Source: Raphidiopsis brookii D9
GTDB taxonomy: Bacteria > Cyanobacteriota > Cyanobacteriia > Cyanobacteriales > Nostocaceae
DNA length: 32,000 nucleotides
Assembly (NCBI GenBank): GCA_000175855.1
Contig: ACYB01000006.1
Coordinates: 30,001 to 62,000 of the forward strand
Direction of reading: 5' to 3'
In this document: positions 1 to 8,836 of the stretch, one piece after another
Layout: every line of letters begins with the position of its first letter
Position numbering within the stretch: position 1 is the stretch's first letter
Notes under the pieces: model-generated
Database searches by the model: none
Told to the model about the DNA's origin: nothing
What the model saw: the letters and a program-made list of their open reading frames with translations, nothing else
Translations under genes and position numbers: made by a program

Positions 1-567
1 CTATGGTTTGGGTGTTAGTATGATCATGAATTGTGGTGATAATTCCATGCTTAATCCCTATACCTTCATGAATGACTTTTACCACTGGTGCTAAACAGTT
101 GGTGGTACAAGAAGCAGCTGTTAAAATATGATCTTCTTTAGGTCTATAAAGATGATCATTTACCCCCATCACAATATTTAATGCTCCCCCTTTTACGGGT
201 GCAGCAACAATTACTTTACTCACTCCTCTTTGAAAGTAGGGACTGAGAGTTTCTAGGGTTCTAAATTTTCCTGAGCATTCTAAAACAATGTCCACGGAAA
301 ATTCTTCCCAGGGAACTTCTCCAGGTTGGGAATACTCGCTAAAGGTCAGGGATTTGTCACCAATAAAAATTTGGTCTTTTCCTGTTCCCACTTCGTTTTG
401 CCAGCGCCCATGTACGGAATCAAATTTCAGTAAATGAGCTGCTGCTTCTACACCGCCTTTGAGTTCATTTATATGCACAAATTCTATCTCTGACCAATCC
501 CAACCAGCACGCAATACTAAACGTCCTATACGCCCAAAACCATTAATTCCTACCCGGATTTTCACAT
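1..567 (-). CDS. gap: Glyceraldehyde-3-phosphate dehydrogenase, ArsJ-associated type (C-terminus truncated by window edge)
   Basis: Manual minus-strand translation: [60 protein letters not shown]...[18 protein letters not shown]. It has a Rossmann GxGxxG motif and the catalytic SCTTN motif. FVHINE...[14 protein letters not shown] resembles ArsJ-linked GAPDHs. It is missing from the supplied ORF track because it is open at the edge. Confidence 0.88.
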
Positions 568-1614
568 TAAAACTCCTTCTGTTTACGCAATAATTCCCCA
601 ATAGTTAAATTGAATTCCGACTTACCCCCAAATACCGTTCCAGCTTTACCATTGTGTAAATGCACATAACCAATATTGTATGCTTCCTTGGGTAAAGGCA
701 CAGAGCCAACGGAATTAACTATTGCAGGTGCTTTTTTTAAGTAAAAATCTACAAATTTATACAGGTCTGCCCGATGTTTACCTGACCACAGATTCACATA
801 AATAAATAGAGGTCTGGATAGAGGTTGATACTTGGATTTTCCTACTGTTTCTGGGGATGGTAATATGGGCCCTTTTTTGTTATCAACAGCTACTAGTTTC
901 AATTTGTCTTGATTTTTTTTGTAGTAAGCATAACCGAAATAACCAAGGGCATTAACATTTTGATTAACACCCTTAACTAACACATCATCATCTTCACTAG
1001 CTGTATAATCATTACGACTAGCTTTTTCTTTACCAACTATTGCCTCAACAAAATAGTCATAAGTACCAGAATCCTTACCTGGTCCGTATAATTTTAATGG
1101 GCGGTCTGGCCAGGAAGCACGTACTTGATTCCACTGGGAAATTTTCCCCTGGGATTGGGGGTTCCCAGATCTTTCTCAATTCATCAACTGTTATGTCCTT
1201 AACCCAGTTGTTCTGAGGATGCACCACAACAGTTAAAGCATCAAATGCAACGGGTATTTCTATATATCTGACACCATTTTTATTACACTCTGCCATTTCT
1301 TTGGCAGAAATTGGTCGGGAGGCATTATTTATCTCTGTTTCATTCCTACAGAATTTTTTAAACCCTCCCCCCGTACCAGAAAAACTTACTTGTACTGAGG
1401 TTGGATTTTTCCCATCCTTGCTAAACTCTTTAACTATGGCTTGGGTAATTGGATATACAGTGCTGGAACCATCTATTCTAATTGTAGATGCTGTCTGAGA
1501 GTTAACATCTTTTGTTGCTTCTACTGAACTGTTTTTGTTCACATCAGCGGTGCAACTGGCGGCCAATGTTAACATTCCCACTGTGATCAATAATCTTACT
1601 GCGGTTGGTTTCAC
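567..1614 (-). pseudogene. pstS: PstS-like phosphate/arsenate ABC transporter substrate-binding protein, split by one +1 frameshift
   Basis: ORF 1075..1614 carries a lipoprotein signal (LTLAASC) and [18 protein letters not shown]...[19 protein letters not shown] 567..983 carries the C-terminus (VNALGYFGYAYY...). The intervening sequence in the shifted frame reads [59 protein letters not shown]. Total span is 1048 nt = 3n+1. Confidence 0.88.
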
Positions 1615-1744
1615 TGGTTTATCCTAACATGGTTACTACTGAGTAATACTAAATAGTATCTGTTGACCATTATTTCAAAAAAATTTAGATATGTCAATTA
1701 TGTCAGGGAGAAAATATACAAAAATTAACCATAACAATTAGGTT

Positions 1745-1990
1745 GGGATCTGAAATCCTTCAGTTCACGCAAATCATGATGAGATTCTTGGTTTTCATCA
1801 CTACCTTGAGCGATCGCCCGTACTAAAGTAAAAAAACTACAGCTATAGCCACATAAGGGAGATTAAAATGCTTGCCCGTCAAATTTACGCATCAATTTTT
1901 GACTAAGCGCTTCTGCCAAAGCTATAAGATTGGGTAAAACTCCCCATATAAAAACGGGGATTTTTACCCTGGAAAGAATTACCCTTGTTG
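1745..1990 (-). pseudogene. Possible degraded membrane-protein gene remnant (family not identified)
   Basis: Minus-strand reading RVKIPVFIWGVLPNLIALAEALSQKLMRKFDGQAF(fs)NLPYVAIAVVFF(fs)TLVRAIAQGSDENQES needs two frame changes at T runs. Hydrophobic segments suggest a former transmembrane protein. Confidence 0.25.
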
Positions 1991-2000
1991 AAAGAAAATT

Positions 2001-2426
2001 ATGAGTGTAGGATTGGATTTGATCCCAAATACCATGATGGAATACTTATATTATCTAGGCAATGCTAGTCTCACCCTAAGAGTTGTTCAGCACCTCTATA
2101 ATCGACCTCAAATGCCAATTTCCTTTATCACCATAATTCATCAAATTGATGGTTGGGTAATCAGGATTAAATTAAAAGAGGCAATTTCTACTCAAGAGGA
2201 TGGTGATTTCCGAGCTTTTTGTAATGAGCTAGGGATTAGCTATGAACCGCCAATGAGATTACAAATGGCATTTTGGAGTTTAGAAGCAGGTCAGAATCCC
2301 ATAGAAGTAATGCAGCGCTACCAAATAGCTATTGTCTCCCATGGTGGTTCAGAAAGAGAGGAAATTGAGGCATTTAGACAACAGTTTGTTAGAGGTTTAG
2401 GCTATTGTCCAGAAACCTTGGCTTGA
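2001..2426 (+). CDS. Conserved hypothetical protein (cyanobacterial type); start may be the MMEYLYYLG methionine
   Basis: Uninterrupted 141-aa ORF with regular coding character. No domain recognised with certainty. Confidence 0.7.
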   Translation: MSVGLDLIPNTMMEYLYYLGNASLTLRVVQHLYNRPQMPISFITIIHQIDGWVIRIKLKEAISTQEDGDFRAFCNELGISYEPPMRLQMAFWSLEAGQNPIEVMQRYQIAIVSHGGSEREEIEAFRQQFVRGLGYCPETLA

Positions 2427-2469
2427 AAGCAGGTGGAAGGAAATCAACTTTGGTTATCCCTTCCACACA

Positions 2470-2973
2470 CTAAATACTACTTAATCTTGCTGATATATCA
2501 AAAGCGGATTCTATATAATCTAATAGTATAAACTCGTATTCTTGAGCAGACAAACTAGCCAATGCTTTTGATTGAATTACTTGCTTTTTAGAAATAGACT
2601 TTTTATAAAAAACGCTAGCTACGTCAAAGCGACAAGAGTAGTCTGCTTTATCTGGATGGTTGGCTAAAAACATTTCCGCCGCGATCAGGATTTTCCTTTG
2701 TTTGTTCATGGTAACCGAATCTTTCCCTCCCGCATCCCAATTACCAGCGCTACGGGTTTTCACTTCTACAAAGGCGAGGATGGGTGTTTTGCAATTAACA
2801 CTTGTTGGTCTAAGAGTTTTATTGTCATACTCGGCAATAATATCCACCTCACCCCAAGGACAAGAAAAACGACGGTGGAGAATTTGCCAACCGTTGGATT
2901 TTAACCATTGGGTTACTAGATCTTCTCCTATCAGACCAATTTTGCTATGATTAAATGAAGGAAGTTTAGACAT
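2470..2973 (-). CDS. YraN/UPF0102 family endonuclease-like protein
   Basis: GEDLVTQWLKSNGWQILHRRFSCPWGEVDIIAEY...FVEVKTRSAGNW...FDVASV matches the YraN signature (GE, GEiDiIa, FVEVKtR). ATG at 2973 is preferred over the listed TTG at 2976. Confidence 0.88.
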   Translation of the reverse strand: MSKLPSFNHSKIGLIGEDLVTQWLKSNGWQILHRRFSCPWGEVDIIAEYDNKTLRPTSVNCKTPILAFVEVKTRSAGNWDAGGKDSVTMNKQRKILIAAEMFLANHPDKADYSCRFDVASVFYKKSISKKQVIQSKALASLSAQEYEFILLDYIESAFDISARLSSI

Positions 2974-2988
2974 CAATGTACAATTCGG

Positions 2989-3504
2989 ATGAATATTAAA
3001 CGAGTTTTTAAAAATCGGATTTTTCTAGTGATCCTCAATTTATCTTTGTTGGTAATCATACCCCTAACTTGTCTAGTAGGTCTAACATCAACAGCTCTAG
3101 CACTAGAATACAACAAAGAAATTTTGATCGGAGCAGATTTTTCCCAAAGAGACTTAAGAGATTCTAGTTTTACCAAAGCCAATCTTCGTCAAAGTGATTT
3201 CAGTGGATCTAATCTCACGGGTGTCAGTTTCTTTGCTGCTAATCTGGAATCAGCAAATTTCACTGGTGCTGATTTAACCAATGCTACTTTAGATTCTGCA
3301 CGTTTTATTGGGGCTAATTTGACTAATGCTATTTTAGAAGGTGCATTTGCAGCTAGTGCTAAGTTTGATGGTGCAATTATTACAGGTGCGGACTTTACTG
3401 ATGTGTTGTTACGTCGTGATGAACAAAACAAACTATGTCAATTGGCAAAGGGAATTAATCCCACCACAGGTAGACATACAAGAAAGACTTTATTTTGTCG
3501 ATAG
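2989..3504 (+). CDS. Pentapeptide repeat protein with N-terminal signal peptide/anchor
   Basis: A(D/N)LxX repeats: ADFSQRDLRDSSFTKANLRQSDFSGSNLTGVSFFAANLESANFTGADLTNATLDSARFIGANLTNAIL; N-terminal hydrophobic segment ending ALA. Confidence 0.92.
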   Translation: MNIKRVFKNRIFLVILNLSLLVIIPLTCLVGLTSTALALEYNKEILIGADFSQRDLRDSSFTKANLRQSDFSGSNLTGVSFFAANLESANFTGADLTNATLDSARFIGANLTNAILEGAFAASAKFDGAIITGADFTDVLLRRDEQNKLCQLAKGINPTTGRHTRKTLFCR

Positions 3505-3725
3505 TCTATCATTCAAAATAAACTTGGAATTATCTGTGTGATATTGTGATATAATGTCTCCCGTGGTTGAATATTACTCAAAGCACCGCTAGAACGCGAG
3601 TTTGGGCTTTTATATTCAAAAAAATGGAAGAAACAAACGTGAAAACATCGAGGTAGACACTCCCAACCCTTGTATTTTTCTTGGCGATCGCCAGATAAAA
3701 TTCAGAAACTAGGTTTTAAATTTCT

Positions 3726-4694
3726 ATGAAGCAACTACAAACAAGACTAGTATTTATCATATTTAGTATTTTTTTCACCGGATGGTTGATTTGTGGACTA
3801 TCAATATGGTCCCTGGAATTTAATAAAGCCAAAAAAGATATCCTTCGCACTGCGGGAATCCTTTTAGATACAGCAGCAGCAGTTAGAGACTATACATCTA
3901 ATCAAGTTCAACCTCAATTTAATCTGATTGAGGCAGGATTGAAAGTACCTATTGCTGATCAAGCTGCTCAAGGCGGTAATAACCAAGCCCAAGGCTACCA
4001 ACCAACAGAAGAAAAGGAAGTACCTGAGTTTAATAGAGTTACTGTTCCTTCCTATGCTGCTCAACAAGTTTTAAACCAACTGGAGAAAAACAAGATCGGA
4101 TATAGCTATCGTGAGACTGCCATAAATCCAACTAATCGCAAAGATCTAGCAGCACCCTGGGAACTGGAAATTATTAATTACTTTGCTGCAAATCCCAAAG
4201 CACCACCAAAAATGGGCGAAAGGTTTGACACTTTGACTAAGCAAAAAACCTATTATATTGCCAAGCCAATTCAAATCACTAAAGAAAGCTGTTTGGTATG
4301 TCACAGTACACCTGAAAGGGCACCTGCTTCCCTAATCAAGACTTATGGCAGTGAAAATGGTTTTGGGTGGAAGTTAAATGAGGTAGTAGGAGCTAGAGTA
4401 ATTTCTGTCCCCTCTATTGTTCAGTACAACGAAGCTCGCAGATCTATTGGCTCTTATTTATTGGCGATCGCCAGCATATTTTTAGTTGCTTATACTGCAG
4501 TGATTGTAATTATATACCGTTCAGTAACCAAACCACTAGATTTTATCACCCACCTCTTAGAAGAAGTTAGCCTACATCAGACGGAGGGGGCACAATTACC
4601 AGAGGATAAATCTAACCCCCTAAATAATCTAAACCGATCCATAAATCGTCTTTTGATTAGCCTTAATAAGGCTTTAAAATCACCGCAACAATAG
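3726..4694 (+). CDS. Membrane-anchored c-type heme (Tll0287/DUF3365-like) sensor protein with HAMP-like C-terminal region
   Basis: N-terminal TM helix, single CLVCH heme motif (codons 4290..4304), second TM (IGSYLLAIASIFLVAYTAVIVIIYRSVTKPLDFITHLLEEV) followed by a HAMP-like segment. No output domain follows. Confidence 0.8.
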   Translation: MKQLQTRLVFIIFSIFFTGWLICGLSIWSLEFNKAKKDILRTAGILLDTAAAVRDYTSNQVQPQFNLIEAGLKVPIADQAAQGGNNQAQGYQPTEEKEVPEFNRVTVPSYAAQQVLNQLEKNKIGYSYRETAINPTNRKDLAAPWELEIINYFAANPKAPPKMGERFDTLTKQKTYYIAKPIQITKESCLVCHSTPERAPASLIKTYGSENGFGWKLNEVVGARVISVPSIVQYNEARRSIGSYLLAIASIFLVAYTAVIVIIYRSVTKPLDFITHLLEEVSLHQTEGAQLPEDKSNPLNNLNRSINRLLISLNKALKSPQQ

Positions 4695-4724
4695 TAACAA
4701 TGCAATGTTTTTAATAATCAGTAA

Positions 4725-6362
4725 TTGGTCGCGGACATGAAAAATTTTCTTCTGCTTTTTCAAGCTGGATTAACTGGATGTCTTTTGTTTTCTTATGTTT
4801 TCGTATTGAGTAACCCCGAACAGATTTTACCAGTAATCATCGAAATACTCAAAATTGTTGTTTTAATTAGCATTAGTGTGGTCTTTGTTAACACAATTTC
4901 TTTTTTAATCATTGATTTTTGGTTCACCCACAAGCAAGGAAAACAACCATCCAAATTATTGAAGTTTACAGTTTCCGTCGTTCTTTATGGCATAGCTGCT
5001 GCTGTAGTTTTACAAATTTTAGGAAAAGACACAACTCAATTCTTTACTACATCTGCCTTATTCGCAGCAGTGGTTGGGTTTGCCATGCAAGAACCCCTAG
5101 GTAATTTGCTCTCGGGTGTTTTTCTGCAAATAAACCAACCTTTTCAAATTGGCGATTGGATTGAATTTCAAGCATTAGATGGCATGATGGTAGAAGGGGT
5201 TGTAGAATCGGTTGATTGGGATTCTACAGATATTCGCCAAAAATCCGGTGAAATTACTTATATTCCTAACGGGTCAATAGCTAAAAACCTAGTAAAAATG
5301 GCAGCTGCGGGTAACGTCTATCGTACGGTAGACTTCACCGTTCCTCCCAATATTCCCCCCAACCAGGTTATGGATATTGCCTGCAAAGCCTTGATTAATC
5401 AACCTCCAGCAAATGTTAATCTGGATAAGCCTTTATTTGCTAGAATGTGGTCCTACGGTTTGGAGGAGATAAACTATAAACTCTTCTACTATCCGAAAAA
5501 TTACAGTGAAGCAGAAACCCATACAGACCCAGAAATTCGTTGTCGACTTTGGTATGCTCTCAATCGTGCTGGTTTAACTACTGAATATCAGCAGTCGGAG
5601 AAACAACATCTATTGCAACTGGTTAATGCTGTTGAGTTTTTTAGAGACTTAAGTCTGGAAGCTAAAAGCTTAATCATTGAGGAATCTAAAACCTTGTTAT
5701 TTGACAGAGAGGAGTTATTGGACAATCAACAACTATTTTCTGGGACGATGTTTCTGCTGGTAAGCGGTTCTATTCTGGTACAAAATAAACTAGTTCATAC
5801 TTCTAAGGGTAATATTACTATTCCTCTAAATCAAAACCCACAAAATGATTATCGCGCCAGTCTTGCTCTCAAACCACCAGTGATTGAGCAGGTGTCTGTG
5901 CAACTAGCTAAGTACATAGGTCCAGTGGCCTTTTCCCTAACTAAAGAAGCAGCTAAAACAGCTCCCTCTCTATATAGTCTTTATTCAACCCTCTCCAGTG
6001 AGATTCACAATCCACAACAAAGAGAAGAGTTTCTCCTGCACCAACCACCAGCACCCACGGAGGAATTGCTAGCAGGAGATTTCTTTGGGGAGATGTGTCT
6101 TTTCCTTGGACAACCTTTACCCAAGATCAAAATCACTACCATAGAGGAAACCCAACTTTTAGGTATCACTCCCAATGCACTTTTGAGTGCCCTAGACCGG
6201 GATGGTATAGATATTAGTGTTATTGCCCAGCAAGTTAGTAACTACTACTATAGTTATTTAGTTAGTTCTCTACAGGAACTACCCTCAGAAATGTTAAATG
6301 GAACTAGCATTCTAGAGCAAATACAGCAGTATTTTCATTCGGTCATGGCATTAAAAATTTGA
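4725..6362 (+). CDS. MscS-family mechanosensitive ion channel with C-terminal cyclic-nucleotide-binding-like domain
   Basis: AVVGFAMQEPLGNLLSGVFLQINQPFQIGDWIEFQ...GMVEGVVESVDWDSTDIRQKSGEITYIPNGSIAKN is a MscS core. The C-terminus MFLLVSGSILV...ELLAGDFFGEMCLFLGQP resembles a cNMP-binding fold. Confidence 0.88.
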   Translation: MVADMKNFLLLFQAGLTGCLLFSYVFVLSNPEQILPVIIEILKIVVLISISVVFVNTISFLIIDFWFTHKQGKQPSKLLKFTVSVVLYGIAAAVVLQILGKDTTQFFTTSALFAAVVGFAMQEPLGNLLSGVFLQINQPFQIGDWIEFQALDGMMVEGVVESVDWDSTDIRQKSGEITYIPNGSIAKNLVKMAAAGNVYRTVDFTVPPNIPPNQVMDIACKALINQPPANVNLDKPLFARMWSYGLEEINYKLFYYPKNYSEAETHTDPEIRCRLWYALNRAGLTTEYQQSEKQHLLQLVNAVEFFRDLSLEAKSLIIEESKTLLFDREELLDNQQLFSGTMFLLVSGSILVQNKLVHTSKGNITIPLNQNPQNDYRASLALKPPVIEQVSVQLAKYIGPVAFSLTKEAAKTAPSLYSLYSTLSSEIHNPQQREEFLLHQPPAPTEELLAGDFFGEMCLFLGQPLPKIKITTIEETQLLGITPNALLSALDRDGIDISVIAQQVSNYYYSYLVSSLQELPSEMLNGTSILEQIQQYFHSVMALKI

Positions 6363-6382
6363 CACGTTAGACTTAGACAGGA

Positions 6383-6418
6383 GGGATTGGGTATTTTCCA
6401 TCCCCTCACCAAGGGTGA
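6383..6418. terminator. Candidate terminator hairpins between convergent genes
   Basis: GGGATTGG...CCATCCC (one bulge) and TCACC-AAG-GGTGA in the 86-bp convergent gap. Confidence 0.3.
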
Positions 6419-6448
6419 CCTAAGCAAGAGTGCTAATTTTTGGTGAAT

Positions 6449-7435
6449 TTATCCTTTCTCCAATTCCTGGAGAATTTTACGATACAAATATTCCACCTGC
6501 TGTCTTTGCTTTTCCCCCAGAGAAGCATAATGGGCTAAACCAGGAGCACTATTAACTTCTAGCAGGGTGTAGTCTGTTAGGGGTTGGGTAATATCTTGAG
6601 TAAGAATATCTACACCTGCTAATCTCAATCCCATGTCCTTAGTAATATTAATTCCTAGTTTCTCAAAATCGGCATGGATATTTTCAGTTAGATCTATTGC
6701 TTGACCACCGGTAGAGAGATTTGCATTGTCTAAAAGATAAACCACAATTCCTTGGGAAACTACACTTTGAAAGCTGAGATTTTGTTTCTCGAGGTTTTTA
6801 AAAATTCGGAAGTCAGCTAAATCAATTAGTATCTTTTCACCGATTTTGAGCAGGTCCTCTCGTTTTGTCTTGAGTAGTTCTACAATGGTTGATTTACCAT
6901 CTCCCATTACAGACAAGGGAATTCTCTGATAAGCAGCTATCACTTCATTATCTAATACTAAAATTCTAAAGTCATTCCCAATATAAAATCTCTCAACGAT
7001 TAGGGCCGATTGTATATTAAATATTTTTTTTGCCACTTCATAATATTCGTTTTTGTTATGTACTTTGGTAACCAGAACTCCTAAACTGAGATTCAAAGGT
7101 TTCACAATTACGGGTAGTCCTAATTTTTTTGCATACTGCCAACCATCATCTATATTTCTGGGATTAGCTACCTTGCGACATATTTTATCATTAAAAAAGG
7201 TTTTGCCTTCTGTCACTCTATAGCCAAGGCTACCTAAAAAGTAATTAGAAAAGGCTTTGTCTTGGGCTAAATTCGCTGAACCAAATCCATTAATATTAAA
7301 TCTTGTATTATCAAAAACAGTTCTTTTACCATTTCTAAAGGTTATGTGCCCTATTAGCTCATATTCCGGCTCTATCAAAACCTTTGCACCTATTTCTGTA
7401 GCTATCTTCTGCAAAATCGATGCTGTGAATCTCAT
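6449..7435 (-). CDS. ATP-grasp ligase (cyanophycin synthetase/RimK-like ATP-grasp domain), stand-alone
   Basis: GLPVIVKPLNLSLGVLVTKV...FRILVLDNEVIAAYQRIPLSVMGDGKSTIVELL...STGGQAIDLTENIHADF...GLRLAGVDILTQDIT...TLLEVNSAPGLAHY matches the ATP-grasp of CphA-type ligases. Confidence 0.82.
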   Translation of the reverse strand: MRFTASILQKIATEIGAKVLIEPEYELIGHITFRNGKRTVFDNTRFNINGFGSANLAQDKAFSNYFLGSLGYRVTEGKTFFNDKICRKVANPRNIDDGWQYAKKLGLPVIVKPLNLSLGVLVTKVHNKNEYYEVAKKIFNIQSALIVERFYIGNDFRILVLDNEVIAAYQRIPLSVMGDGKSTIVELLKTKREDLLKIGEKILIDLADFRIFKNLEKQNLSFQSVVSQGIVVYLLDNANLSTGGQAIDLTENIHADFEKLGINITKDMGLRLAGVDILTQDITQPLTDYTLLEVNSAPGLAHYASLGEKQRQQVEYLYRKILQELEKG

Positions 7436-7503
7436 AGTTTCTTCTTTAGCTATATTCTAAAAAACTATATAATAACAAAGTGCCATAGTCAATCAATAAA
7501 AGG

Positions 7504-7541
7504 CGCTAGTGTTTAACCCCTAAAACATACACTAACGCCGA
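7504..7541. terminator. Imperfect inverted repeat, candidate terminator/processing hairpin between ndhO and the ATP-grasp gene
   Basis: GGCGCTAGTGT (7504-7514) pairs with ACACTAACGCC (7531-7541), one mismatch. Confidence 0.4.
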
Positions 7542-7593
7542 TTAAATTTATAGGGTTGAATTATGCTCTTTACCCCCTACAAATGACCTAAAT

Positions 7594-7821
7594 TTAAGGA
7601 GCTGCATCTTGTTGTATAGTTAATTGATCCAGTTTCAACCAAATGTTTGGTGTAGGCACTTTACCAAACTTCACCAAAGCGTAATCTCCCTTAATATCCA
7701 CCACTTCCCCGGAACTTTCAAATAAATAGGAAGGAAAGCGCCCATCACTAGCTTTAGCTTCCAGACTATTTTCTAATTTTTCGCGCAGGGCACGAACCAT
7801 ATTTCCTTTTTTAATTGCCAT
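7594..7821 (-). CDS. ndhO: NAD(P)H-quinone oxidoreductase subunit O
   Basis: [67 protein letters not shown] is characteristic of NdhO. Confidence 0.93.
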   Translation of the reverse strand: MAIKKGNMVRALREKLENSLEAKASDGRFPSYLFESSGEVVDIKGDYALVKFGKVPTPNIWLKLDQLTIQQDAAP

Positions 7822-7955
7822 AACTTTCTAATTTATCTTGCGGTTTGTATTGCATTGCAGGAGCAGAGCTGAGCCAAGAAGAATCAAGTTAAGTCATAGA
7901 TTTCTTCAGCAGCTCAGTTCTTGCTGTTTTTTGCCCAGGTATAGGTTAGCGCAAA

Positions 7956-8201
7956 TTAATATGCCAAGCCCATGCTGCGAGTTGTTTCTGCCCCAAGGTA
8001 AACCCGAATACTCAAAAAGTCAGTTGGGCAAGCCGTTTCACAGCGCTTGCAACCTACACAGTCTTGAATGCGGGGTGAAGAAGCAACTTGAGCGGCTTTA
8101 CATCCGTCCCAAGGAACCATTTCTAGAACGTCAGTGGGGCAAGCGCGTACACATTGAGTGCAACCGATGCAGGTATCGTAGATTTTTACGGTATGAGACA
8201 T
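7956..8201 (-). CDS. psaC: Photosystem I iron-sulfur center subunit VII
   Basis: 81-aa [36 protein letters not shown]...[34 protein letters not shown]; two 4Fe-4S motifs; essentially invariant family. Confidence 0.99.
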   Translation of the reverse strand: MSHTVKIYDTCIGCTQCVRACPTDVLEMVPWDGCKAAQVASSPRIQDCVGCKRCETACPTDFLSIRVYLGAETTRSMGLAY

Positions 8202-8487
8202 TGAAAAAACTACTCCTTTGGTGGTGTTCTTCTCTGGAGAAGGAATAATATCAAGGCATAGTTTACCCCAGTCCAGGCGAAGCTGTAAGTAAAAGGCTAC
8301 ATAACTTTAAACAATTTAATAAGCTCCCCCAACAAAAGGATTGACTGGTATGGAATTTGCCATCTCTCCATAACTCGAAGAAATTTTAAAGAAATGTAAA
8401 GCTTTGCCTCAATTACTTAGGGATCAACCTATATTATAGCTTTAGCCATAATGCCATAGATAGGGATAAATAAACATCGACTAAATT

Positions 8488-8836
8488 ATGCATCCAGACT
8501 CTTTAGCAACTGAGATAATTTTGACCAGTCCACGGCGGTATCTTGGTAGGTTACAACTTGATTGGGCTCCTCAACCGGGAAATTATTTGGATTTTGAGGG
8601 GAAAACCTATGCCGTTTTAGAACGCCATCACAGGTATCAGTTCCGAACCGGACGCTACAGGTTACACAGGATTGCCATTTATGTTCAAACGGCTAAAAGA
8701 CCATCAGAAAAAAGTTTTAATAAATGGACGTTGGGTAGTGGGGGATGCCAGTTGTAAGTATAATGCCCACTCAGAAATTATTCGTTGTGCTATCAAACCA
8801 GATGGTCCTTGTAATTCCTGTGGTTTTAAGGAATAG
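8488..8836 (+). pseudogene. DUF6464-like protein, frameshifted near the C-terminus
   Basis: The ORF ends ...RPSEKSFNKWTLGSGGCQL*. Removing one base in the T run at 8715-8718 gives ...RPSEKSLINGRWVVGDASCKYNAHSEIIRCAIKPDGPCNSCGFKE* with ordered Cys residues. Total span 349 nt = 3n+1. Confidence 0.72.

Noticed and set aside
3505-3725. Gap before the heme-sensor gene as a possible small RNA
   Set aside because: It has a HIP1 site and a short CCAACCC-containing stretch, but no recognisable known RNA motif or convincing hairpin plus T tract.
7838-8248. 136-aa plus-strand ORF with many Cys/Arg residues
   Set aside because: It lies antisense over the near-invariant psaC gene; its composition is explained by the complement of the ferredoxin motifs.
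8249-8487. psaC upstream gap as an ncRNA or mobile element
   Set aside because: No inverted repeats, transposase fragments or known RNA signature. It is best explained as the divergent promoter region and psaC 5' UTR.
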